Below, piece after piece: positions 22,746 to 33,246 of a stretch of DNA of 60,742 nucleotides. The stretch is taken from the IMG/VR virus record IMGVR_UViG_3300047157_000094, positions 1 through 60,742 of that record. One strand, 5' to 3'. A model generated the notes under the pieces. It did no database searches. It had not been told where the DNA came from and saw only the letters and a program-made list of their open reading frames with translations. The number at the start of each line of letters is the position of its first letter. The stretch's first letter is position 1. The translations under genes were made by a program, and so were the position numbers. Origin of the DNA: a virus. Its lineage: Duplodnaviria; Caudoviricetes.

Positions 22746-22756
22746 TGGCTAATCCT

Positions 22757-23086
22757 CTAAAATGTTCCGACTATATAAAAAAAGTCTACGTTAGTTAAAT
22801 CTGCATATATTCCAGTGTCAGCATAAATACCAGCTCCTGGTATTTTAAACTCATGCACGTGATTAGCTGCTGTACCAAACTTACCATGAAAAATTAATTT
22901 AGAAGCAGTTACACCACTTCCTATTTCATTATAAAGTTTTACTTCTCCATCAGCTGCGCTTGACATTGCAAATACAGTCATAATATTTGCTTTAGTAATA
23001 TTGGTTGCTGAACCACCTACTAATGACTGTACTTGTCCATCTGCTGTTAGAATTACCGATTGTCTAACTTTTGATGTTATTGACAT
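22757..23086 (-). CDS. Small virion protein
   Basis: 109 aa ORF with an AGGAG RBS. Confidence 0.6.
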   Translation of the reverse strand: MSITSKVRQSVILTADGQVQSLVGGSATNITKANIMTVFAMSSAADGEVKLYNEIGSGVTASKLIFHGKFGTAANHVHEFKIPGAGIYADTGIYADLTNVDFFYIVGTF

Positions 23087-23101
23087 AATTTTATTCTCCT
23101 T

Positions 23102-23125
23102 AAAAAGTGCTCCCGAAGGAGCACT
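23102..23125 (-). terminator. Rho-independent terminator
   Basis: Minus strand AGTGCTCC-TTCG-GGAGCACT followed by TTTT (cUUCGg tetraloop). Confidence 0.8.
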
Positions 23126-23135
23126 CTAATTATTA

Positions 23136-23510
23136 TTACGAAAGGTTATTGTTCTGTAAGTAACTAACAGTTACTGTAGCAGCACCTGCTGACGCATCAT
23201 TGTTTGCACCATTATAGATGTAACCAATTCTGATGTCAGAAGATCCAATATCTTTCCAGTTTGCACAAAGTGCAGCTGTTCCTAAAGCTATCTTTCCAAC
23301 TGCTGAAATAGCTACGTCATTAACGTATAAATCAGTATCCGCAGATGAACCAACTTCAAGTATGTCAGAACCTGAATCGTTAAACGCAGTTTCTACGTTA
23401 ACATCGATTCTTACGATTTGAGAGTTAGCTGGAATTACAACGTTAGTGTCAGTCGCTGCTCCTTTAATAGTACCAGCTAATATTGGTCCTGAAAATGTAG
23501 TGTTTGCCAT
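23136..23510 (-). CDS. Putative capsid decoration/minor structural protein
   Basis: MANTTFSGP... beta-sandwich-like, 124 aa, with its own promoter, AGGAGG RBS and terminator. Confidence 0.6.
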   Translation of the reverse strand: MANTTFSGPILAGTIKGAATDTNVVIPANSQIVRIDVNVETAFNDSGSDILEVGSSADTDLYVNDVAISAVGKIALGTAALCANWKDIGSSDIRIGYIYNGANNDASAGAATVTVSYLQNNNLS

Positions 23511-23518
23511 AATTTTAT

Positions 23519-23575
23519 CCTCCTAGTTATGATACATAGTCTCTAGGCCGTCGACTATACGCGTCTATGTATCAT
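23519..23575 (-). promoter_or_regulatory. Structured 5' UTR (11-bp stem, possible SD-sequestering pseudoknot)
   Basis: ATGATACATAG/CTATGTATCAT perfect stem; loop CCTAG is complementary to CTAGG, which overlaps the AGGAGG SD. Confidence 0.55.
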
Positions 23576-23598
23576 TTTTAAAATTGTATAGTGAGTTA

Positions 23599-23627
23599 TT
23601 TATATATTAGTTTTTAGTAGAGTGCAA
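23599..23627 (-). promoter_or_regulatory. sigma70-like promoter
   Basis: TTGCAC-17-TATAAA. Confidence 0.55.
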
Positions 23628-23671
23628 GAGAGCCTTAAAGAAAGTGCGATTTCAGCGATGTAGCTTTTGTT

Positions 23672-23896
23672 CTAAGTAGCTACAGAAACTTGTGGAGCAG
23701 CGCCTTCAACGCTATTCTGTCTGTGAGCAATAGCTGCTTCTTCCAGCTTAATGTCAGTAATGACTCTTTTAACTTTGTCATCAATTCTGACCATTTCAAG
23801 AGTGTATCTACCATTAGACAGATGCTCCTGTTCCCACTTCAACTCCAAGGACCTTTTTTGTTTGTATAGGTCTTGTATCATCAACAACCTCCTCAT
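23672..23896 (-). CDS. Hypothetical protein
   Basis: 74 aa ORF; the real start is probably at MIQDLY. Confidence 0.55.
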   Translation of the reverse strand: MRRLLMIQDLYKQKRSLELKWEQEHLSNGRYTLEMVRIDDKVKRVITDIKLEEAAIAHRQNSVEGAAPQVSVAT

Positions 23897-24135
23897 AGGT
23901 TATTCTGTTTACTCGGTTATCATATGAGTTTCCGAGATATTCCCAGTTTATACTCTTTTCTCCCAATTTGTCAAGGATTGATTGTTCAAGAGAAATAGCA
24001 TTATCTTCCGCAAAACATTAAATTTTGCGTAATGATCGTATGCCCATATTTTACTGTGAATTGTTTTCATGGTTTTTTCTTTCTATTTATTGAATGTGGC
24101 GAACTGTGTCCGCCACAAAAATTTTAACTTAATGC

Positions 24136-25055
24136 TTACGCACCTTCAACACCGAAGATACCTCTATAGTCAGATGCGCCAAAAGCGTATCTTTCTCTAG
24201 CTTTGTATCTTACGTTACCAGTATCAAAGTCTCCTTCCATTGAAGTTGTCAATGGAGTTCTTGAGAACATTTTCATACCATTTGGAACGTCTGTGATAAT
24301 GTAAAATGAATCAGGGTCAGTTAAGAAATTGTTCACTCTGTAACCTTGAGGAATCATTCCCATGCTGTTGATTGCATTGATGTCATTATCAGCAGTTTGA
24401 GTTCTACCTTGAGACTTCATAAGTCTTTCAGCGTTGAACTGATTCGCAGAAGGAATTATCATTTTAACTCCTTTAGCTGCGATTCTTAAACCTCTTTCAT
24501 CAGTCATTGCAGCGATGTCAATCAAAGACTTGTTCTAATGAAGTTTCGTTTAAGTCTGCTTGTGTTGCTAAAGTGTTTGCTACGTTACCCGCGATTGTTG
24601 GGTGTGCAGTACTAAATAAGTTAACGCCATCACCTGTTTGAAAAAGTTACCAGCTGCAATAGCTGGTAAACCATTATTCAAAGGTGCTGCGCCTTTAACT
24701 TCTTTAGCATTAGACATAGATCTTGCTAGAGCTTTTGTGTATCTAGAAGAAAGTCTGTCATAAAGGTTGTCCTCTATTGCTTCTTCTGTGATAGCGAAAG
24801 CTAAAGCGATCGTTTCCATTGTGTATCTAGCAGTGTAAGTTTCTTGAGCGTCATCGTATGAACTCCTTGACCTTCTGCTTTTACATCTGCGTTTGCAAAA
24901 CCACTTAACATTACTTCTTCTTCAAAAGCTCTGTCAGATGATTCTGTTGTATAAATCTCAGCATGCTGATTTTCATACCTTTTGTACTCCAGGCCGAATA
25001 GTGCATTCAGGCCTGGCTCTAGTTCTTTAACTAGTTGTGCTCGTGATATTGCCAT
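24136..25055 (-). CDS. Major capsid protein (frameshifted)
   Basis: MAISRAQLVKELEPGLNALFG...ETIALAFAITEEAIEDNLY...FDTGNVRYKARERYAFG in three fragments. Confidence 0.88.
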
Positions 25056-25067
25056 TATATGCTCCTA

Positions 25068-25655
25068 TTATTGCCACGTAACCGCACCAGTGAAGTATTG
25101 GTTAAGTGACCTGAGCAACTACAATGCTGAAACGCTGCTGCTATATCGTTGTTCTCAGGATCCTCTGCTGATCTTACCAATCTCCATTGGTTGTTGTTGC
25201 GTGCCTTGTAGCGTAAGTTAAGTTGAACTTGACTGACCAGAAAGTCTGAACCAGCTGCAGTTACAGCTGATACCATATGTTTTACCATATTCAGCTTGAG
25301 CTGCTGCTGCATCAATCGCACCAACAAAAAGTTGCTAAAGGATTGTCAATTACAAACGCAGTTATATCTTCGCTATTAGCTGGAGTAATAGGTTGGTTGT
25401 AGAAATTCGCAAACGTCGGCTTCTTAGTAGTAGCGTCGTTATAGAATATTCCATTCAACACACCTATACAAGTGTTAGTGATGGCAGCTTGTGCAGTAAC
25501 AATGTATCCAGCGGCGCTTCTTACAGCACACTACCTGGAACAAGTCAACACCCATGCCAGCATCGATAAGTATTTGCCTTGACCGCCAGTAGCGGTGTTG
25601 AACCAACAGTACCTTGTGCAATCAAACCAAAACCTTGTGTGTTTCTATTTGCCAT
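25068..25655 (-). CDS. Capsid-associated (minor capsid/cement) protein (frameshifted)
   Basis: Start MANRNTQGFGL with AGGAG RBS; GVLNGIFY; immediately upstream of the capsid gene. Confidence 0.55.
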
Positions 25656-25730
25656 AGTTATTTCTCCTTATGAACCTGCCGTCGTAAAACGGCCTCCAGT
25701 TCGGTTGATATTATTTCGTTGGTTTAAGAA

Positions 25731-26186
25731 TTATTTCTTTGTACCACCGAAGTTTTTGCTTAGAACGCTCGAATTTCATCGGCATTCTTTTATCCTGATC
25801 CTTCAGTAAGTCGTTTTCTACTGCTTCGTCTTGACCTTCAGTTTGTCTTTTCTGATAGTCCACACGAGCCTGCGCGAGTTCTTCCGGTATCCTTGCCAGG
25901 AGAAGGCCACCTACTCCAATCACTCCAGCGTATTTTCCGTCCATGACAACAGGATATTCTTCAGCGTCATATTCGTCAGCTCTCACTAACTCATAACCAG
26001 ATCTCAATCTACCATGAATATTCTTGGTGTCATTGAAACCCATTGACTCTGCTCTTATCCATCTGTGCCTAAATCCATCAGGCGCTGGTGGTGCATCTAG
26101 AGATGATGGGGGCTTGTACTCTTTTGGTCTTTCAGTTTTTGACCGAGTAACAGCCGCACGAGAAGTTTTATTTTTTCTTTTTTCAT
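25731..26186 (-). CDS. Head-module hypothetical protein (frameshifted)
   Basis: PPSSLDAPPAPDGFRHRWIR...GVIGVGGLLLARIPEE. Confidence 0.6.
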
Positions 26187-26190
26187 ATGC

Positions 26191-27125
26191 TTATGCTCCT
26201 TCCGTGAGTTTTAATTGTTTTGCATACTCTTCGAGTGGCACACCTAATTTTTTAGCTATTGCTACTTGTGACGATGTGAGTCTCACAGTTTTGCGACCAG
26301 GTTTTGAGCTTCTGTTAGCCGAAGCTACCGACTGAACGGCCCTGTTCGTTTGCTTAGTTTCATTATTATCAAATTTGTGCCCAAAGTCAACTCTAATCCT
26401 TTTATCAATCTCTTATAATATTCGTTTGATTTAGGATCATAACCTTCTTTATCAACTAAATCCTTGTGAATCTCGAATGCAGTAAATGTCATAGCTCTAT
26501 CTGTTCCGAACCATCTATTTTTTGCAGCCCAATCTTCAGCCATAGGATCAGCTTGAGGCATTTGTTGTGGGGTTTCATTTGGTAATTGTCCACCGTCTGA
26601 TAGTTTAACAGGTGTTTCCTGTTCAACTGGCTTTCTTCTTTTCTTTGCTGAAGTTTAGCGTTCTCGAAAGCTAACTCAGCAATTTTTTTATTTGCTTCAA
26701 CTTGAGCTGTTGCATCACCTGCTTCAATAGCTGCGCTAATTTTTTTGCGCCATGTCCATTCCAGATTTTACACTTTCTTCAAATTTAGCAGTGTAATCAG
26801 AATCAACTTTATTAAATCTTTCCTGATCTAGTTTTCTTTTTTTTCGACTGCAGTAGCGTATTCAAGAGCAGCAGCTTCTCTTCTTTCTGCTTCTCTCATC
26901 TTACGCGTAAGTTTAGCAATTCTAGATTGCACACCTTTACTGTAATCTTCTAATTTTTCATCTTCCTTTTTTTCTGTTCTCTTTTTCTTCTTTACTGTTT
27001 CTTGTTCCGTTGTTTCTGGAGCAGTATCAACTACCGCTTCCTCTTTTTCTTCTAAAGTTACATTGACCTCTGGTCCTGGATGTATCTATCAATATCTACT
27101 GTTTTAGTTTTTCTTCCTCTGGCAT
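26191..27125 (-). CDS. Capsid scaffolding protein (frameshifted)
   Basis: Acidic N-terminus, coiled coil, DPMAEDWAAKNRWFG, C-terminal VRLTSSQVAIAKKLGVPLEEYAKQL. Confidence 0.7.
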
Positions 27126-27140
27126 AGTGTCCTTCCTATG

Positions 27141-27581
27141 TTAAAATTTGTGCAAGATATCTGTTGGATCTTGTACAGTTGCTAGTACTTCGTCATCATT
27201 AAGAAGACGAACTTCCCCACCCTCAATCTCTATACGTGATCCGGCATAACGTGCGAAGACTACCCAGTCTCCGACCTTGCACCATGGACCATCGCTAAAT
27301 CTTTTTATCATTATAACAATCAGGTCCCATCGCAAGTACGTTTCCGCATTGTGATGCAACTTGTTGTCTTTCTATTGTTTCTTTCCTAATAAAACTCCAC
27401 CTTTAGTTTTTTCTTTCATTCTAAAAGGTAAAACTAACATACGCCAACCTGTTGGTTGAGGTAGTTTTAGTTTTTCTTTAGTAACTTCTTTTTGGTTCTT
27501 TCTCGATATTTTTCGAACTAATTCTTTATTTTTGGGACTTCTTCCTTTCACCGATGTCGATGACTGTTCCTCTGTTTTCAT
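27141..27581 (-). CDS. groES: Co-chaperonin GroES-like protein (frameshifted)
   Basis: LPQPTGWRMLV...TKGGVLL...GPWCKVGDWVVFARYAGS...RLLNDDEVLA. Confidence 0.85.
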
Positions 27582-27765
27582 TTTGCTCCTTATCGTTTAG
27601 CAGGTTAGAGATTTCCTGACGCACTGATTCCAATGCATTTATCTGTCCTATTATATACTTGTAAGTTTCCATACTGTCAACCCCACCTGATGTGACGATA
27701 AGGCTAAGTTGATCTACTCTTCTTTTGATTGCTCTTCTTTTATTTAGTATTTGTTCTGGTTCCAC
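27526..27765 (-). CDS. Hypothetical protein
   Basis: 79 aa; SGGVDSMETYKYIIGQI; lies between the portal region and GroES. Confidence 0.55.
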   Translation of the reverse strand: MEPEQILNKRRAIKRRVDQLSLIVTSGGVDSMETYKYIIGQINALESVRQEISNLLNDKEQNENRGTVIDIGERKKSQK

Positions 27766-27846
27766 GTATAACTCCTTTTAAAGTTTTAGCTTGTTTAGCA
27801 TCGTTTTGATGCTTTTTGCAAACCACTTTTTTTATTTTTTTCTTTT

Positions 27847-28132
27847 TTAACATTTCCATCTTCTTCTGCTTGACGGATACGTGAGTTAGGATCGTTACGT
27901 GTTTTTGCTGACGAGTTTCTTAATTGACCTGCGCTTCTTGCACAGTACGACTTACGTCGGTTTGCAGCTTTTGACCCTTTTTTCACTTTACCAGTCACGG
28001 CTGTTTTTAATTTACTTCCAGGGTTTGCTCTTCTGTAAGCAGCGACACCCTTCTTAGTCATACCTGCTCCAGATTTTGTTTTTCTATAATTACCACCTTT
28101 ACCGGTAGTTTTTCTTATAGGTTTTCGGCCAT
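27847..28132 (-). CDS. Small basic protein (DUF6321-like; frameshifted)
   Basis: GMTKKGVAAYRRANPGSKLKTAV...RRKSYCARSAG; very K/R-rich. Family name is from recall. Confidence 0.6.
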
Positions 28133-28296
28133 TACTTTTTCTTTTTAGGTTTTTTCTTAGCCGTCTTAGCTGCTCTTTTAAAATTAGCAGCAGTTGGTGC
28201 TCCTTTAGCTCCAGGTTTTCTCATCTTCTCACCTGAGCCAGCAGCGATTCTCTTTTTTTTCGCGTGAATATTCGCGTACAAACCACGTTTAGCCAT
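28132..28296 (-). CDS. Small basic protein
   Basis: MAKRGLYANIHAKKKRIAAGSGEKMRKPG..., 54 aa. In the ORF track it is fused to an upstream basic ORF, probably through an indel. Confidence 0.6.
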   Translation of the reverse strand: MAKRGLYANIHAKKKRIAAGSGEKMRKPGAKGAPTAANFKRAAKTAKKKPKKKK

Positions 28297-28690
28297 TATT
28301 TTTCTCCCTTCTTTTTTTTTAGTTTTAGGAATTATTCCTTTTGCCATTAAGATATCTTTTTTAGTAATTTTACCATCACCTGAGTGATCTGGAAATTTAC
28401 TTTTCTTTTTAGCTTTTCCACCTTTTTTTTTTCTCATCATCATTCTTCGCGCTTGTTTTTTTTTTTCATGGCATTTTTCTCCTTTATTGTATTATTGCAA
28501 GACATTGATGGCAAGACTTTATAAATCTTGTATGCGATCCACAATGCTTTTGGTTTATGAACCGGTACATCCGGTTCAGGTACTTTTGTAAAAAATTCTA
28601 TATGCTCATCAACTTCATCACATTTTTTTACATGCTTTGATGTTAAATAGTTTGCAAATAAAATTTTTTAATCTTTTAAACATTACTTGT

Positions 28691-28912
28691 TTATTTTCCA
28701 GATTTTTTAGCTTTAGAACCAAACTTACCATATGAATCATCAGCAGAAGCTCTAAGTTGTTTCTTAGTTCTTTTCTTTTTAATTCTCATAGCAATAGATT
28801 CGTCTTTTCTATCTTTGTAGCCCTGCTTTTTCTTTTTAGCAGATCCACCTTTTTTCATACCAGATGCTCCAGTTGGAAATCTGACATTTGATCTTACTCC
28901 GTTTTGTCTCAT
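28691..28912 (-). CDS. Small basic protein
   Basis: 73 aa, K-rich, MKKGG motif. Confidence 0.6.
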   Translation of the reverse strand: MRQNGVRSNVRFPTGASGMKKGGSAKKKKQGYKDRKDESIAMRIKKKRTKKQLRASADDSYGKFGSKAKKSGK

Positions 28913-29298
28913 TTTTTTCCTCCGTTTTTAAAAATTTGTGTTCCCTTTATACCATAAATACTCGCCACGACAAGGATCCATAAATTTGTAAACCATGACG
29001 GAAGCTGCGAGAACATGTCAAAAAACAATTTTACCTTGTCCATCGCTGTCGGATCGTCCGATACGACTGCCCAGGCCAGCACCATTGCACGGGCAAACTT
29101 AAAATTATCAAAACTGCCTCGTCCTTCCAGTCTGACTGACGGGCTTCTAAAAGTTTTCCCTGGTAAGCTTCTTTTCCTTCGGCCATACGAGATGCGTGCA
29201 TAAGCTGTGCATCTGACATAGCCATCTTCGTTCTTCTGCTTGTTAGCATAAATTTTACTTCCAGCAGAAACGGCTAATTTAATTGCCGATAACCACAT
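28909..29298 (-). CDS. Membrane protein, possible holin (frameshifted)
   Basis: SDWKDE followed by two hydrophobic segments and a basic C-terminus. Confidence 0.5.
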   Translation of the reverse strand: MWLSAIKLAVSAGSKIYANKQKNEDGYVRCTAYARISYGRRKRSLPGKTFRSPSVRLEGRGSFDNFKFARAMVLAWAVVSDDPTAMDKVKLFFDMFSQLPSWFTNLWILVVASIYGIKGTQIFKNGGKK

Positions 29299-29299
29299 G

Positions 29300-29514
29300 T
29301 TAGTACCAAGTAGCCTTTACAGGTTTCTTTTCTTTTCTAATAGCCTTCGTTCCTTTAACATCTACGCTGTCACCTTGAGCAATGTAGTTTCTTCCTCTAA
29401 TACTTGATTTAGATCTTGGATCTAATGCAAGTTTTGAGAAGACTCTTCTACAGGTACTCCGCCTTTAGCGTAACCGTCTTTGTTAACGAACTGTTTAAAA
29501 GTATCTTTTGTCAT
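29300..29514 (-). CDS. Small protein with YAKGG motif (frameshifted)
   Basis: Read manually: MTKDTFKQFVNKDGYAKGG...KPVKATWY*; AGGAG RBS. Confidence 0.5.
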
Positions 29515-29538
29515 AATTTTCTCCTAATTGTTAGTATA

Positions 29539-32024
29539 CTATCTTCTTGGACCTTTCAAGACATTTACGTCTCTAGCTTTCATAGCATCTGATGTTAGTT
29601 TAACGTCTGCAGACATCATTGATTTTTCAATAGCTGTATCAGCTCTTAATTTAGCTAAATCTTCGTTTTGTTCAAGTTTTCTATCATTTAGATCTTTTGC
29701 TTGTACCATTTTAGCTCTATCAAGATTTATTCTAGCTTCATCTTCTTTCATCTTACGTTCTGTTTCCATAGCTTTTAAATCTACTTCTCTTTGTTTTAAT
29801 TTAAGTAATGGATCATGATCAAACTGAGATGTAATTTGTTTTTCTTCCTTCATAAAATCTTCAGTCATATCAGCAATCAACAAGCTTTTCTAGCTTCTAT
29901 CTTTTGAGATATTTGTTGTAGCTGTTGTTGTGCTTGTGGATTTTGTACAGCCATTTGTTGTAGTTGTGGTAACATTTGAAATTCTTGTGGAAACTCTAAT
30001 TGTACCTGTTCTTGTGCCATCAATGATATATGCTCCATAATATTTTTTTCTAACGCTGCAGTAATGCTAGGATTGTTTCTAACAAAATTACTTGCCATAA
30101 AATTTAAGTGAGCAGTTATATGTGCTCTATGATCTTGACCTGGAAACGCTTGAAAAGGTTTTCCACCCATTGCATCAATGTGTTCGAATGCTGGATCTTT
30201 TGGTTGATTAGGTGGAGGTGGTGGTAAAACTCTATCAATATCTTTTACACCAATTGCTTCATACATACCTCTGTAAGCCATATACATGTTATGCATTTGT
30301 GGATTAGAAGTTGCTAATCTTAATTGTTCTTGTGCAAAGATACTCTCTGACTCATAGAAAATATATTAGGATCAGCTACAGGTAAAATATCTACTCTTGT
30401 CATCAAAGTCTGTTGCTTTAACATTTCTTGATGCACCAGGAACATCATAAGGATATTCTGGTGGTAAAGACTCACCAAATATTTTGGCAAGTAATTTAAA
30501 TTCTTGTTTTAGACCTACGTAAAGTCTTTTATGGATTGCTGACATTACTCTTGAACCACGTTCTAAAAGAGCTACGGTCGTACCAACAGCGGCCTGTTGA
30601 TTCCCGTCCCCAACCTGCATGTCAGCAATGGACGCGAATCTTTGTCCTGCTTGAACTACAATTCCCATCAACTGTAATAAAGTTGCTGATGGTTCTTTGT
30701 AAGGTAAGAATACGAAAGCATCTTTTAGATTACCACCTGGAGTGTCAACATCTTTAAATTCTCCTGGTTGTATATTTGCGGCATCATCTTTTACTCTGAC
30801 ACCTCTTTGCTTAAATCCTGCGGGTAGGTTGGATAATGTTCCAGCGTCTAATAACTGACGGAGAGCCGCAGTTGCAGTACGACTCAATCCGCCAATCATA
30901 TGAATTAATCCTAAGCCATAAAATCCTAGTCCTGGCAGAAATTTGAAGTGGACAAAATATTGGATTTTATTTTTCTTTGGATCATTGGGCGCAAAGTTTC
31001 GTCTAATAGACAAAACTTTCCTACTGCCTTCTTCGATTGTAACGATGTAAGGCAATTTTATTCCCGTTGGCTCTCCGTCGGGGCCAAGGTCTTCGAATCC
31101 TTCCAAGTCTAGATTAACGTGGCATTCTAGAATTGTATACAAAGGATCTACTCTTTGGGATTTTGTAACACCTTCTACTTCTCGCTCTTTTTCTTCAAGC
31201 TCGTTAGTGACTGTGCCTGTTGGTTTTGTCAACTCGATGTCAGAATAGAATCCAGATACCATCTGTTTTCTTAAATCGTTTTCTGACATCTTGACAACGT
31301 GAATGACTGATTCCGCATCGTCTAATGAGGTAGCCGTATACGGAACAACAAGGTCATCCGCTGGAACAAACTTAGAAACAGCTCGTCCCAATAAATCGTC
31401 ATAATAAACTTTTTTAAATGTTGAACCTGATAGTGGTAGGTAAAATAACATTTGATCAAAATCAGATTCATATTCTTTCATCTGATCCATGATCTGATAG
31501 TTCATAAAATTTTTAACTCTTTGTGCTTGCATTTCTTTTTGTGGATCTGATTTACCCATTACCATTGTTCTAACAGGTCCATCTGCAGGTAATAATTCTT
31601 TGTAAGCTAAAGCTTGAAACTGTGTAACAGCTTCTGCAAGAACAGGGTGAGTTGCACCCTGATGCTCCTTGAAAGGTTCTGTTCTATTTGTGTATTTAAA
31701 TCCTAATAAATCTAAACCAGTAATGTATGCTCGTTCCCATTCTTTACGAGACATTTTATATTCCATGTAATCTTGTTGTAATTGATTACCCATGGCATCT
31801 GTGTCTTCTTCTGGAAGTAATTCGTTTAAGTTTGCAAAAGTGATCGCCACCATCTTCAGGTGCAGGCATTGCACATTAGGATCAAAATCAATTGTAGCCC
31901 CTTCTTCGTCTTCTGTAACTTCTACTGGTCCTTTTTAATTCTCTAAAATCTCCTCAACGTCAACCTCTTCTGCAACTTCTTCAGGTCGTTTATCGTTAGG
32001 GAGAGACTTATCTATATCTGCCAT
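29539..32024 (-). CDS. Portal protein (frameshifted)
   Basis: HPVLAEAVTQFQA, LPLSGSTFKKVYYD, GFYGLGL, PGEFKDVD; fragments 30372..31874, 29877..30296 and 29539..29883; ATG at 32024. Confidence 0.88.
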
Positions 32025-32205
32025 ATATTTTCTCCTAGACTTTCTTAACTTGTTTTGGTGGTAATTTCAACCCCTGTGATAGCGGTCCTTTTTTAGGTGG
32101 TACTGCCCACCATTTAAAACCAGGATTAGCTTAGCTGCTAAAGTGTTGGACTTGGTGGTAAAGTAGAAGTTTTTCTTTTTGTAATTTATTTTTTTTTGTT
32201 GGTTT

Positions 32206-33246
32206 TTATTTTAAATTGACATTTAAACTAGCTATGCCTCCTGCTCGTGGATCATTACAATTTAAACCATTTGAAAGTTTACATTTAAAACCTGAATTTT
32301 TTAATTTGTTAGCAACTTTAGCATGTTCTTGTTTTGATATTTTTTTGCTAAAATCTTGTCTTTCTTTAGATGTCATATCTTTATAGATTTCATCTTTTCC
32401 TTCAACACCAGCAAAAGACATTTTATAATTACCTGCTTTAGGTTTAAAAGATTCGGTTTCAGGATCTACTTGAAAATAACCTATTTGACCTTTGTAATCT
32501 TTTCCTAAATCTTGAAGTGCGTTCATCACATTTTTTTTAGCTTTAGCATTGTTTACAAGTATTTGTTTTTTATAACCTTCGGGTTTAACTTTTAATAAAT
32601 ATTCTTGATCTTCTGCAATTTTCTGACCAATTCTGTTATAACCTATTAACTTATTATTCATATCTGCATCAATTACAGTTGTTGTTTTAGTTCCTGGTTT
32701 TGCAGATTCAATAATAGGATAGACATGACTAAAAGCTCTGTTTATTTGTTTTCCACCTTTAATAGGAATTTCACTTCCTTGTGCAGCTATAATTTTATTT
32801 CTTCTATTAATACTACCTTGATTTGTTTCTTCTATTCTTTTTTTACCTGTAGATTTAAAGTTTAATTTATCTCTATATTTGTCTAATTCTTTTCTAGAAA
32901 TTAATTCTTTTGAAGAATACTCACTTCTACCTTCTAAATCTTTTGCATTTTGTTCAAAAAATTTTCCATTAATTTCTATCAAAGGTGCTTCATCAATTAC
33001 TAATTGAAGTTCTTCTAAACTTCTTAATGGTTTAACTGCAGTAAACTGATTTTTAGGAGGAGTCTTACTATAAAAAATTCCAAACCTATTTCCTTTTTTA
33101 TAAATATGACCTGTCTTTTCATTATACACAGGACTAGTATCTCCACCATTACTAAACCCGATCCGTCCACCTTGAGCCATGGGCCTTGGACCAGGGTTGT
33201 AATCGTCTTCGTACATGGATAAAATATTTTCTATATCGTATTCCAT
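32206..33246 (-). CDS. Hypothetical protein with xxGG motifs
   Basis: 346 aa; MAQGGRIGFSNGG near the N-terminus and AGGIASL at the C-terminus. Confidence 0.65.
   Translation of the reverse strand: MEYDIENILSMYEDDYNPGPRPMAQGGRIGFSNGGDTSPVYNEKTGHIYKKGNRFGIFYSKTPPKNQFTAVKPLRSLEELQLVIDEAPLIEINGKFFEQNAKDLEGRSEYSSKELISRKELDKYRDKLNFKSTGKKRIEETNQGSINRRNKIIAAQGSEIPIKGGKQINRAFSHVYPIIESAKPGTKTTTVIDADMNNKLIGYNRIGQKIAEDQEYLLKVKPEGYKKQILVNNAKAKKNVMNALQDLGKDYKGQIGYFQVDPETESFKPKAGNYKMSFAGVEGKDEIYKDMTSKERQDFSKKISKQEHAKVANKLKNSGFKCKLSNGLNCNDPRAGGIASLNVNLK

Noticed and set aside
24095-24118. Hairpin after the capsid gene as a terminator
   Set aside because: TGTGGCG/CGCCACA stem is present, but there is no U-tract on the coding strand, so it was not called.
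28132-28443. 103-aa fused basic ORF
   Set aside because: Probably two genes joined by an indel in a poly-T run; an internal GGAG RBS and ATG occur at 28296.
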